From: a virus
Taxonomy: Duplodnaviria > Caudoviricetes
DNA length: 64,000 nt
Virus record (IMG/VR): IMGVR_UViG_3300032320_001881
Coordinates: 1-64,000 of that record
Reading direction: 5' to 3' (one strand)
Part shown: piece after piece, positions 17,698 to 27,735 of the stretch
How the letters are laid out: every line of letters starts with the position of its first letter
Position numbering within the stretch: position 1 is the first letter of the stretch
The notes under the pieces: model-generated
Databases searched by the model: none
Told to the model about the DNA's origin: nothing
The model's input: the letters and a program-made list of their open reading frames with translations, nothing else
Program-made: the position numbers and the translations under genes

Positions 17698-18945
17698 ATG
17701 GCCATATCAAGTTTACCAACTCGTTATATAGGCCCTTCTCCGACTGGACTTTATTATTATGCTAACCCTAGTACAGGCGATATTGTTGAACTTAGTACGG
17801 CACCAAGTCCAGAACAATTAAATGCCTGGCAAGCGGAAAATCCAAAAGTTGGCACTACAGAACAAACACAAGCAACTCCTGCTGAAATATTTCCGGGAGA
17901 AACGCAAACACTTGGCGGCCCAATACCTGTTTTCACACAAAATCAAGTAAACCAAAATTTAACAGTCGCAAGACAACCCGGAGCGGCAGCGCCAACTGAC
18001 GATAATTTTGGTTTGTTAAATACTACGCCCGGAACCAACGCAGTATTAAATGTTGGAACAAATCCAAGCAGTTTAATAACTCCAAGGCCAAACGTATTAG
18101 ATCAATATGCTAGTTATACATACAGTCTTAGTTGGTATTTGTTAACACCTGCACAATTTAGAAACATAACTAATGCTAAAAAAATTGATGTTAGTCAGTG
18201 GTCTTTGCTCGTACAAAGCGGCGGAGCATCAATTCAACAAGGCGGAGTTTCTGCGCCAACTAATTTAACTGATCAACCTGGGTCTGCTACTGCTGGTCGT
18301 AACAAATATTTCACCCTCGATTATTATATAGATGATTTTGAAATAACTCATACTTTAGGCGGAGGAGGCCCAGCTACCTTAGTTCAACTTTCGTTTAAAG
18401 TAACTGAACCTAACGGAATAACATTATTACCAAATTTAACCAATGCTTGTCGTGATTTTTATCAAGAATCCGAAGCTGCTAGTAATTCAGCATTTTTTGT
18501 TATGGCTGTTAATTTTTATGGTTGGGATATAAACGGCCACTTAATAACTGACCCAACATCAAATAAAGGAGTAGCAGGCGCTGTACCTGGAATATCTAAT
18601 GCTGTAGTTACAAGATATTATCCATTTAAAATTATTGAACTTAATTTTAAAATGGCAAATAAGGCAATTGAATATCAAATAAAAGGCGGCCCGCATGCGT
18701 TTGAATATGCTCAAACCTCTGGACTTGGTAGTATCCCATATAATATAGAAGTTACAGGTGAAACAGTTGGTGATGTGTTAGCCGGTACTGGCCGAGGAGT
18801 TATTAACAACAATAACACAAGTGATGGTAGAGAAGCCGGGTCTACAAATTCTCCAAGTACAACATCGTCGCCTATAGTAATTTCTTCAGAAAGTGATGAA
18901 ACGGTAGCGGCAGTTTTTAATCCTTATGATCAGGCAGGATACTAA
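17698..18945 (+). CDS. Baseplate hub-like protein, N-terminal part
   Basis: Lies between gp53 and gp5 where gp27-like hubs sit; PNVLDQYASYTY and F.V.EP.G motifs. Confidence 0.45.
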   Translation: MAISSLPTRYIGPSPTGLYYYANPSTGDIVELSTAPSPEQLNAWQAENPKVGTTEQTQATPAEIFPGETQTLGGPIPVFTQNQVNQNLTVARQPGAAAPTDDNFGLLNTTPGTNAVLNVGTNPSSLITPRPNVLDQYASYTYSLSWYLLTPAQFRNITNAKKIDVSQWSLLVQSGGASIQQGGVSAPTNLTDQPGSATAGRNKYFTLDYYIDDFEITHTLGGGGPATLVQLSFKVTEPNGITLLPNLTNACRDFYQESEAASNSAFFVMAVNFYGWDINGHLITDPTSNKGVAGAVPGISNAVVTRYYPFKIIELNFKMANKAIEYQIKGGPHAFEYAQTSGLGSIPYNIEVTGETVGDVLAGTGRGVINNNNTSDGREAGSTNSPSTTSSPIVISSESDETVAAVFNPYDQAGY

Positions 18946-18947
18946 AC

Positions 18948-20675
18948 ATGGCAAATCTATTTGAATCTGAATTTGGGGGAGCGACCGCCATAGCTGAAGC
19001 TACTGGCACTAGGGCTCAAGTTCTCGCGGCAGACAATAAAACAAAATTACCAGGAAATGCGCCGCCTATCGCATCGGCAGCACCGAGCGGCACTACAAAA
19101 TACACTTATACCGGAATATGTGATGCTCTAAATGCTTATGAACAAGAATTAGTGAAAACTGGTAAAGTGAAATATGCTAATCAATATGTAATTGAATTTG
19201 CTCCGGCAAGTCTTGCTAGTTCTGGAATAATGTTACCAGGCACACTCGATAAAAAATCAGCTCCAAATCAACAAACTAATACAGCCAAAGATAAAGTAGA
19301 TCCAAGAACTAATACTTTCAATTCTAAAGCAAAAAATATTGCTGTAAGTCAAGGAACTCAGATTATACAATTTATTGAAATGACTATGCGTAATAGTCGT
19401 TATATTACAGATCAATTAAAATCTAGTATAGATCAAGTAAGCGGAAATGCGATTCCAACTACTTCGCTTACAAATAATAATACTACATCTTGGTTTAAGA
19501 TTACTGTAAATGCAGTTCCTATCAGTCCTAAAATAGATACAATCCGTAATGACTATGCTTACAGAATTACATATACTATATCAACTTACGCATTAAATGA
19601 AGCACAAAGTCAATATTTTCCAGAAGCTCAATTCCGGGGAGTTCAAAAACTTTATAATTATTGGTTTACTGGGCAAAATACCCAAGTATTAAGTTACGAA
19701 CAAAGTTATAATAATCAATATTATAACGCTATAAGCAAATCATCAATTTCAGATGTACAAAGTGCTGTAGGAAATCCGTTAGTAAATCAAGTTGGTTATA
19801 TAGGCTCGGCACTTGGTCCGGACAGAAATATTCCTTCGCCGAGATCTGGGCAAAGCGATCAACAAGCAGAAAACGGAGCAAATAATCCAGCTAGTACATT
19901 AGCAGATTATCTTTACAGTTTTGCTGATCAAAAAGAAATAACTTTGCAAATTGTTGGAGACCCTGCGTGGCTAGTTCAGCAAGAATCTATTGGCCTAACA
20001 GCCTCCGGATTTGAATTTGGTAGTGGATTTTATGCAGACGGCACAGTCAATCCTGACATCCAGCAAGTAGTGTTTGCTGTTAATTGGAATGCTCCTGCTG
20101 ATTATAATAACGGAAAAAATGGACCTTATAGTGGTACAGGATTAGTAGATGTTAATGCGTCTTCGACAGAAGGTAATAACAATAATTTAGCTGCAGCACC
20201 TACACAAGCAAGTGCCGCGTACACCGCTACCCAAGTAAGAAGCACATTTAGCAAAGGTAAATTTACACAAGAATTAAAAGGCAATGCTTTAAAAAATCTA
20301 AAACCAACACAGTTGGCTAGTATAGCTGGAAGATCGACAGAATCTACTACCTCTACTCAAATATCAGCAAATGGACCACAAAGTGGTGCGCGAACACCTG
20401 ATTTAGTCGCTAATAACGGCGGCAGAATTAATTTAGTAAATCAACTTAATTCGAATTTATGGAATAATGATCCTGATAATATACCTGTACCTCCTCCAAA
20501 CTTGTCGCAATCAGTAGAAGCGCCATCTATACAACCAACAACGCCCGCCCAAGCTCCAACAAGCAATGGCAGTATCGATGTTTTTGCCGGCTTGGCTGGC
20601 ACATCTAATGTTTTTAATACAGGTAATATACCGATAACTACAGAAACGCAACTAATGGCAGCTAAGGACGCATAA
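18948..20675 (+). CDS. Baseplate hub-like protein, C-terminal part (gp27 / VgrG-like)
   Basis: L.I.GDPAWL and V.S.FS.G.FTQ.L motifs, typical of hub C-termini. Confidence 0.5.
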   Translation: MANLFESEFGGATAIAEATGTRAQVLAADNKTKLPGNAPPIASAAPSGTTKYTYTGICDALNAYEQELVKTGKVKYANQYVIEFAPASLASSGIMLPGTLDKKSAPNQQTNTAKDKVDPRTNTFNSKAKNIAVSQGTQIIQFIEMTMRNSRYITDQLKSSIDQVSGNAIPTTSLTNNNTTSWFKITVNAVPISPKIDTIRNDYAYRITYTISTYALNEAQSQYFPEAQFRGVQKLYNYWFTGQNTQVLSYEQSYNNQYYNAISKSSISDVQSAVGNPLVNQVGYIGSALGPDRNIPSPRSGQSDQQAENGANNPASTLADYLYSFADQKEITLQIVGDPAWLVQQESIGLTASGFEFGSGFYADGTVNPDIQQVVFAVNWNAPADYNNGKNGPYSGTGLVDVNASSTEGNNNNLAAAPTQASAAYTATQVRSTFSKGKFTQELKGNALKNLKPTQLASIAGRSTESTTSTQISANGPQSGARTPDLVANNGGRINLVNQLNSNLWNNDPDNIPVPPPNLSQSVEAPSIQPTTPAQAPTSNGSIDVFAGLAGTSNVFNTGNIPITTETQLMAAKDA

Positions 20676-22189
20676 TGGCAGTTAATGTACAACGAACAAC
20701 AGGTAGATCAGCACCGTATAAATTTGACCGGGGCGGCACTCCTACAGATTTTGGACCTTTTATTGGCGAAATCGTAAACAACGTCGATCCAACCCGCAGC
20801 GGTCGAGTACAAGTTTATATCGAACAATTTGGTGGTGGCGACAAAACAGATAAAACATTGTGGCGTACAGTAAGTTACATACCACCATTTGGCGGAGCGA
20901 CTCCTAAAACTAGTACGTCGGCAGGAGTAGGCACTTACGGATCAACTAACAACCAACAAAGTTATGGTATGAGTTTTAGTCCGCCAGACATTGGAGTTCA
21001 AGTATTGTGTTTCTTTGTCGCAGGTGATCCTAATCAAGGTTTTTATGTAGGGGTAATACCTCCGCAAGGTATAAATCACATGGTGCCGGCCATTGGTGCG
21101 GCGACAGAAGCAGTAACACAAAATGAAAATCAAGCAACATATTTTGCTAACAGTCCGCAATTACCGGTTACTGAGATTAATAATGCGGAACAAAATACAG
21201 CAATTAATGAAAATCCTCAATTTTTTGATCAGCAAAAACCAGTACACAGCTATGTAGCTAGTATATTATTTCAAGCAGGAACAATTAACGATCCAATTCG
21301 TGGATCAATAAGTTCATCTAGTCAGCGAGAAAGTCCAAGTAATGCTTTTGGATTTAGCACACCTGGTCGACCAATATATCAGGGAGGCCTACAAGATTCA
21401 ACTATTCAACAACAAGTAGCATCTGGGGCTGTTCCTCCAGAAGCAGTTAATGTTGTTGGTAGAAGAGGCGGACATTCTTTTGTGATGGATGACGGAGATG
21501 TTGGAGGAAAAAATTCTTTAGTGCGTATTCGCTCAGCAAAAGGACATCAGATTACAATGTCTGACGATGGAAACTGTTTTTATATTGCTCATGCTAATGG
21601 ACAAGTGTGGTTAGAATTTGGTCAAGAAGGTACATTAGATGTTTATACAACTAATTCTATTAATTTAAGAACTCAAGGTACTATAAATTTACACGCAGAT
21701 AAAGATTTTAATATTTTTGCTGGTGAAAATATTAATATGAAAAGTAAAAAAGGTATTACATTTGAAACGGAAGGTTCGTTTACAAGTATTAGTAAAGCTG
21801 CGTTTACAATATTTAGTGAAGCAACTATTGGAGTCAAAAGCAACGGTCAATTAGTATTAGATAGTAAAGGCGGCTCATGGAATTCAGCAGGAGCATTAAC
21901 ATTTGAAGGAAGCACTATTGATTTAAACCCAGGCTTCGCTCCTAGTGTAGCAGTACCTAACCCGCTTACTGAATATACGATGCCAAATAGTGAATTTACT
22001 GCTAGTGCAGGTTGGGCAGTATCGGCTACAGGTATAAAAAGTATTGTTACTAGAGCACCATCTCACGAACCTTGGCCATATCATAATCAAGGAGTACAAA
22101 ATAAAGTAAGTTTAGCAACTGGAACAAATACTATTCCGCCAGGCGCACCTACTATTCCGCCTGGAACAACTATTACTAAAACAAATTAA
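20675..22189 (+). CDS. gp5: Baseplate central spike (gp5-like: OB fold and beta-helix), no lysozyme domain
   Basis: DP.RSGRVQV, PPD.G..VL..F..GD, GH.FVMDDG, RIRSA.GHQI...D and C-terminal P.HEPW. Confidence 0.75.
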   Translation: MAVNVQRTTGRSAPYKFDRGGTPTDFGPFIGEIVNNVDPTRSGRVQVYIEQFGGGDKTDKTLWRTVSYIPPFGGATPKTSTSAGVGTYGSTNNQQSYGMSFSPPDIGVQVLCFFVAGDPNQGFYVGVIPPQGINHMVPAIGAATEAVTQNENQATYFANSPQLPVTEINNAEQNTAINENPQFFDQQKPVHSYVASILFQAGTINDPIRGSISSSSQRESPSNAFGFSTPGRPIYQGGLQDSTIQQQVASGAVPPEAVNVVGRRGGHSFVMDDGDVGGKNSLVRIRSAKGHQITMSDDGNCFYIAHANGQVWLEFGQEGTLDVYTTNSINLRTQGTINLHADKDFNIFAGENINMKSKKGITFETEGSFTSISKAAFTIFSEATIGVKSNGQLVLDSKGGSWNSAGALTFEGSTIDLNPGFAPSVAVPNPLTEYTMPNSEFTASAGWAVSATGIKSIVTRAPSHEPWPYHNQGVQNKVSLATGTNTIPPGAPTIPPGTTITKTN

Positions 22190-22190
22190 T

Positions 22191-23861
22191 ATGTCAATTT
22201 TTAAATACACGCTTCCTTCTGGGTCTCAGTATCAAGTAAATGCTCCCACTGGTACAACACAACTACAAGCAGATAAAATCTTTTATGAACAAGTCGCTGC
22301 TGGAACATTTGTTGGCTACAAAAAGGGAGATAGGCTCACCAATCCTCAAGAAACACTGAATGAATTTGGAATATCTCGATTAAAAAGAGGTACAGCAGGT
22401 GTAAATGATAAAACTTTATTAGCAGTTATAGCTGGATTGCCATTAGTAGCAGAATTGCCTGCTACCTTAACACAAACACCTGTTCAAAATCCAATTAATC
22501 AAACCAACTACACACAAGTTACTAGTAGTCCTACTGGACCAGTAGGATTAGGGCCAAATGGAGTTGGAACTTTATCAGCTACACAAACACAAGCCTTAAT
22601 GGCACAGATGGCAACAACTACTGGCGGCAATGTTGATACATTGTCCCAAGAAATTGGAGTTGGTATATATGGATTCAATTGTCAACAACTTGAGCAAGCC
22701 GGGTTAATCAAACCAGGGTATTGCCAAAGATATTGTGCCACAAACTCTAGTACAGGCGCAAATCCTGATAATTTTGTAACATTTATGAATTCGCCTGCTC
22801 CGTGGACAGGATTGTATGGTGTAACAAGCGTTAACGATATTGTAGGACAACAAGCATTACAAAATACTATTCAAGAAAATTTATTCAATCAAAGTTATAC
22901 TCAATTAGTAGCTAATGGAACTATTGTCCCCCCAGCGTCGACTACGCCAACTACAACAGTTAATACTGGACAAGTATATGATCCGACAGGAACACTTGTT
23001 ACAACATCTGCATTAGCTTTATTGTCTGTAGGATTAAATGGCGGATTTAGTAGTACATCATCCATTACATCGTTATATAATAGTGCTGTAAGTACATTAG
23101 GAAGTATAGGAAATTCAATTAGTAATGTATTTTCAGATTTTGGTAGCGCATCTGTTGGTGATATACCAGTTGATATTCAAAGTCTTGGATCAGATGCTAT
23201 TGCTTCGTATAGCTCAAGTTTGTCAAGTTTATCAACAGGAGCAATTGGCTTTGCTACTAACTCACTAAACAATATTACATCAGCAACTGGTTCTACTGCA
23301 TCTCAGCTTTCTGGATTAGCTAGTGGTCTTACAGGGGGAAATGTAGCAGGAACAACAGCGTCTATATCTTCTACAATTAATGGCGATATTGGAGCATTAA
23401 TAACTACCGGTAGTAAATATGGCACACAACTTGCTACAGCTTGGGCCGATAGTGCTACTTCTACTTTATCTAGTATTGGATCCAATTTAGGGTCATTAGC
23501 ATCTGGCGCTTCTAGTGCCGCACAAACGGCATTTAATACAGCACAAACAAGTTTGACTAGCGGCATTAATTCGCTAGCAAAAGCATCACAATTTAGTGTA
23601 AATTTCAGTGATTTTTCTTTAAGCAATATGGTTGCTGGAGTCCAACCTGCGGCTGGATTTACAAATACAGTTGATCGAGCTACTGTTGATGCTGCGGTCA
23701 CTAGAGTAATAGGATCTCCCTTAATTTCACCACCCACGTTTGACTTACCTTCTGCTGGTAGTTTAGGTACAACAGCAGATATCAGCGCAGCAAAAAGTTT
23801 GTTAGCTCAAGCTCAAACTGCTGTTCAAAGTGTCGGATCTAGAATAGTTAATATTGTATAG
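22191..23861 (+). CDS. Virion / baseplate-associated protein, Ser/Thr/Gly-rich
   Basis: Lies between gp5 and gp25; composition typical of structural proteins. Confidence 0.5.
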   Translation: MSIFKYTLPSGSQYQVNAPTGTTQLQADKIFYEQVAAGTFVGYKKGDRLTNPQETLNEFGISRLKRGTAGVNDKTLLAVIAGLPLVAELPATLTQTPVQNPINQTNYTQVTSSPTGPVGLGPNGVGTLSATQTQALMAQMATTTGGNVDTLSQEIGVGIYGFNCQQLEQAGLIKPGYCQRYCATNSSTGANPDNFVTFMNSPAPWTGLYGVTSVNDIVGQQALQNTIQENLFNQSYTQLVANGTIVPPASTTPTTTVNTGQVYDPTGTLVTTSALALLSVGLNGGFSSTSSITSLYNSAVSTLGSIGNSISNVFSDFGSASVGDIPVDIQSLGSDAIASYSSSLSSLSTGAIGFATNSLNNITSATGSTASQLSGLASGLTGGNVAGTTASISSTINGDIGALITTGSKYGTQLATAWADSATSTLSSIGSNLGSLASGASSAAQTAFNTAQTSLTSGINSLAKASQFSVNFSDFSLSNMVAGVQPAAGFTNTVDRATVDAAVTRVIGSPLISPPTFDLPSAGSLGTTADISAAKSLLAQAQTAVQSVGSRIVNIV

Positions 23862-23875
23862 AATAAATATATTAT

Positions 23876-24250
23876 ATGGCAACCTTTATCGGATTCAATA
23901 CAATTAATCAAAATAAAACATTCACGCTTGTAGATTTTGAACTAATAAAACAAGATTTATTAAACGCTTTTAATATTAGACAAGGTGAAGTTGTTGGCCG
24001 TCCTGGATATGGTACTGTTTTATGGGCATACTTGTTTGAAAATCAAACTCCAGAACTACAAACGGCTGTATATCAAGAAGTCCAGCGAGTAATTGGCGGC
24101 GATCCTAGGTTATATCTTAATAATGTTAATATGTACCCCCAGCAGAACGGCATATTGTTAGAATTAGAATTACAAACAGTAGCAACTACTTCCGCTCAAA
24201 TTCTGTCCATATTTTTTAATGAACAGCAGCGTTCCGCAAGTTACGTTTAA
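23876..24250 (+). CDS. gp25: Baseplate wedge subunit gp25
   Basis: IKQDLLN.FNIRQGE....PGYGT..W..LFE and DPR; TAAATA at 23864-23869. Confidence 0.88.
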   Translation: MATFIGFNTINQNKTFTLVDFELIKQDLLNAFNIRQGEVVGRPGYGTVLWAYLFENQTPELQTAVYQEVQRVIGGDPRLYLNNVNMYPQQNGILLELELQTVATTSAQILSIFFNEQQRSASYV

Positions 24251-24303
24251 CTTAAACTACCCAGTTTATTTTCTTCATAAATACTTGTAACATTGGAATA
24301 ACC

Positions 24304-27300
24304 ATGGCGAAGACAACAAGGCAAACTGTACTATTTGGAGTTGAAGATTGGAAAAGAATCTATCAAACCTATAGTGAAGGTAACTTTCAAAGTTACGATT
24401 TTGAAACTTTACGTAAGAGTTTTATAGATTATTTGCGTCAATATTACCCAGAAACATTTAACGATTATATCGAATCTTCGGAGTTTATCGCACTATTAGA
24501 TGTTATGGCTTTTATGGGCCAAGCATTAGCATTCCGCACAGATTTAAATACTCGGGAAAACTATATTGATACCGCAGAACGCCGCGATAGTGTTATTAAA
24601 CTCGCTAATTTAGTAAGTTATGTTCCGCAACGCAATACAGAAGCTAATGGATATCTTAAAGTATTTTCTGTTTCTACTACAGAAAATGTAACAGATTATA
24701 ACGGAATAGATCTTGCGAACATTACAATTAACTGGGCTGATCCTAGTAATTTTGACTGGCAAGAACAATTTACAGCCATCATAAATGCGTCATTAGTCAA
24801 TACTCAATATGTTGGCTCACCCGGTAATGATCAAACGATTCTTGGCGTAGACACGCAGGAATATACAATTAATTTGGTTCCAGGTTATATTCCTGTAATT
24901 CCTTATACTGCTACTATAAATGGAGTTAACATGCCATTTGAAGCGGTTAATGCGACTACATTAGGCGAAACATTTATCTATGAACCCCCACCATTACCTA
25001 ATGGACAATTTAATATACTATTTCGTAATGATCAACTAGGGTTTTCTAGTGCTAATACTGGATATTTCTTTTATTTTAAACAAGGTGTATTACAAAATCA
25101 AGATTTTAATTTAGCTGAAAGCGTAGCTAATCGCACAGTTGATATTAATATTGAAGGTGTGAATAATACAGACGTTTGGTTATATCAACTTGATAATGTA
25201 GGTAGCGTTTCAAAAATTTGGGAACAAGTTCCATCTGTATATGCAGCGGCAGTTGAGCAAATGACTTCAACTATACGGTCAGCATATTCTGTGACTAGTC
25301 GTACTAATGATCAAATTACATTGTTATTTGGTGACAATGTGTTTGCTACTATACCAGTGGGCCAATTCCGCACTTATGTAAGAGCATCAAATGGACTACA
25401 ATATATTATTAATCCAGAAAACATGCAATCAGTTTCAATACCTATTTCTTATGTTAGTCGTTCAGGAACTATTGAAACTATAACATTTACTTGTGGTATT
25501 ACTACACCAGTTACTAATGCTGCGCCTCGCGAAACTATCGAACAAATTAAACAGCGAGCTCCAGCTCGTTACTACACACAAGATAGAATGGTAAACGGAG
25601 AGGACTATACGAATTTTCCATTTACAAAATATAATTCTATTATAAAAAGTTCAGCATTAAATCGTAGTTCTATTGGCACCAGTCGTTATTTAGATTTAGT
25701 TGACCCTACTGGCAAATATTCATCTACTAATGTTTTTTCTTCTGATGGTGCTTTGTGGTATATCAACGAAACACCAGCATTTGCGTTTACATATCAAACA
25801 ACAAATGATATTAACAATGTAATATTAAACGACATAACTCCTTTATTATTAGAAGCCACATTTAAACAATTTTATTATGCTTATTTTCCAAGACCAAGTT
25901 TAATTCCTTTAAATTATTCTTGGAATGAAAGCACTACTATCGTAAATGAAACAACTGGGTATTTTGTGAATAGCAACGGCACCCCAGTTCCGGTTGGATC
26001 TACAGTAAGTAATACAGCTAAATTTATTGTTGAAACAGCATTAATTAAATTTGTACCACCGAACGGATATTACTTTGATAGTAACAATGAGTTAAAACCT
26101 GGGATACCATTGTTAGATGGCGACCATTTAGTAATTTGGGCATCTCCCACAGCAATAATTGGCGATGGCAGTAATAACGGGCAAGGAAATTTAGCTAATG
26201 GTGTAGGGCCAGTAGTGTTAAACACTTATGTTCCAACAGGAGCAATAGTTACCGAAGTCATTCCGGTGCTAACTTCTGAATTTTCAACTAGTTTAAAACA
26301 ATCTATAGTTAATCAAGTATTTTTAAAGGCAAATTTTGGATTAGGATATGACAGTACAGGTTCAATTACAGGCACTCCTTATACATGGTACCTTATAACA
26401 GCGGCTAATCTTGATGTTGGAGCAGTATGGAGTCAGGCAAACGCTGGAAATACTTCAGGAGCTGGTATTGATGCTAGTTGGTTAATACAAGCAACATTTA
26501 ATGGTAGTCAATATACAGTTATTTCTCGCAGTCTTAACTACTATTTTGGTAGTGTATTACAAACTCGTTTCTTTTTTAATACATCGCAGTCAATATACGA
26601 TAGTCGGACCGGAACTGTTATTTCTGATTTTACTAAAATCTTAAGAACTAATAGTCAACCAAATAGTAATTTACCATTATTAAGTGACATAACATTAAAA
26701 ATTATTGCCCAACCTATACTAACTGATGGGTTAGTAGATGATTATCAAGTATTAGTAAGTTATCAAGATTATAACAATGAGGGTATTCCTAGTAATCCAG
26801 ATTTCTTTCTAGAAATAGTAGGAGCAAGTCCATCTAGTACAGAAACTCCTAAGCCTTATGTATTTTTCCAGTTGACTGTAGATTTTGATAATCTTGAAAG
26901 ATATTTGTTACAGCCAGCAGGAATAGTGAATGCTGATTATCCGACATTGGCAGAAATTGAACAAGTTAAAGAACAGTATCCAACAGGACAAATATTTTAT
27001 GCCTATGATACTAATACATTTTATACATTAACATTACCTTTGACTGGAGCAAGAGTATTAAAATCCACTCAGGGGTGGGTAGCACAAGTTGGGCGACAGG
27101 AATTATATTTTCAATATAGGCATAACTCTGCGTTAACTAATCTAATTGATCCTGGCAGTACAAACATTATTGATTTATATGTTGTAACACTTGAATATTA
27201 TACACAGTATACACGCTGGATACAAGATACTACTAATACAATAACAGAACCTTTTGCGCCAACCATTGATGAATTAACCACAGACTATGCTGGATTACAA

Positions 27301-27735
27301 AATTACAAGATGATTAGCGACAATATGATTCTTAATAGTGTAGAATTCCTTCCATTATTTGGCAGTAAAGCTCCCGAATCTTTAAGAGCTATTATTAAAG
27401 TCATTCCAGCCTCCAACACAAATGCTAGTAATAATCAAATTCGTAATTTAGTTTTATCTACTATGAATGCTTATTTTGATATTGCTAATTGGAACTTTGG
27501 TGATACATTTTATTTCAGTGAACTAGCGGCTTATATCCATGCTCAAATAGGAACTTTTGTATCATCGGTTGTTTTAGTACCACTTAATCCACAAAAGAGT
27601 TTTGGAGATTTATACGAAATACAATGTGCGCCATATCAGATTTTTGTTAATGGTGCTACTATTAATGATATCGAAGTAATACAATCGTTAACTAGTACCA
27701 ATTTACAGACTACCCCAGGTAGCGGAGCAATTTAA
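24304..27735 (+). CDS. gp6: Baseplate wedge subunit gp6
   Basis: YDFETLR, FND..ESS....LLD..A, REN.IDTA.RRDSV..LA and ET...IK..AP..Y..Q.R.V...DY. Confidence 0.88.
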   Translation: MAKTTRQTVLFGVEDWKRIYQTYSEGNFQSYDFETLRKSFIDYLRQYYPETFNDYIESSEFIALLDVMAFMGQALAFRTDLNTRENYIDTAERRDSVIKLANLVSYVPQRNTEANGYLKVFSVSTTENVTDYNGIDLANITINWADPSNFDWQEQFTAIINASLVNTQYVGSPGNDQTILGVDTQEYTINLVPGYIPVIPYTATINGVNMPFEAVNATTLGETFIYEPPPLPNGQFNILFRNDQLGFSSANTGYFFYFKQGVLQNQDFNLAESVANRTVDINIEGVNNTDVWLYQLDNVGSVSKIWEQVPSVYAAAVEQMTSTIRSAYSVTSRTNDQITLLFGDNVFATIPVGQFRTYVRASNGLQYIINPENMQSVSIPISYVSRSGTIETITFTCGITTPVTNAAPRETIEQIKQRAPARYYTQDRMVNGEDYTNFPFTKYNSIIKSSALNRSSIGTSRYLDLVDPTGKYSSTNVFSSDGALWYINETPAFAFTYQTTNDINNVILNDITPLLLEATFKQFYYAYFPRPSLIPLNYSWNESTTIVNETTGYFVNSNGTPVPVGSTVSNTAKFIVETALIKFVPPNGYYFDSNNELKPGIPLLDGDHLVIWASPTAIIGDGSNNGQGNLANGVGPVVLNTYVPTGAIVTEVIPVLTSEFSTSLKQSIVNQVFLKANFGLGYDSTGSITGTPYTWYLITAANLDVGAVWSQANAGNTSGAGIDASWLIQATFNGSQYTVISRSLNYYFGSVLQTRFFFNTSQSIYDSRTGTVISDFTKILRTNSQPNSNLPLLSDITLKIIAQPILTDGLVDDYQVLVSYQDYNNEGIPSNPDFFLEIVGASPSSTETPKPYVFFQLTVDFDNLERYLLQPAGIVNADYPTLAEIEQVKEQYPTGQIFYAYDTNTFYTLTLPLTGARVLKSTQGWVAQVGRQELYFQYRHNSALTNLIDPGSTNIIDLYVVTLEYYTQYTRWIQDTTNTITEPFAPTIDELTTDYAGLQNYKMISDNMILNSVEFLPLFGSKAPESLRAIIKVIPASNTNASNNQIRNLVLSTMNAYFDIANWNFGDTFYFSELAAYIHAQIGTFVSSVVLVPLNPQKSFGDLYEIQCAPYQIFVNGATINDIEVIQSLTSTNLQTTPGSGAI

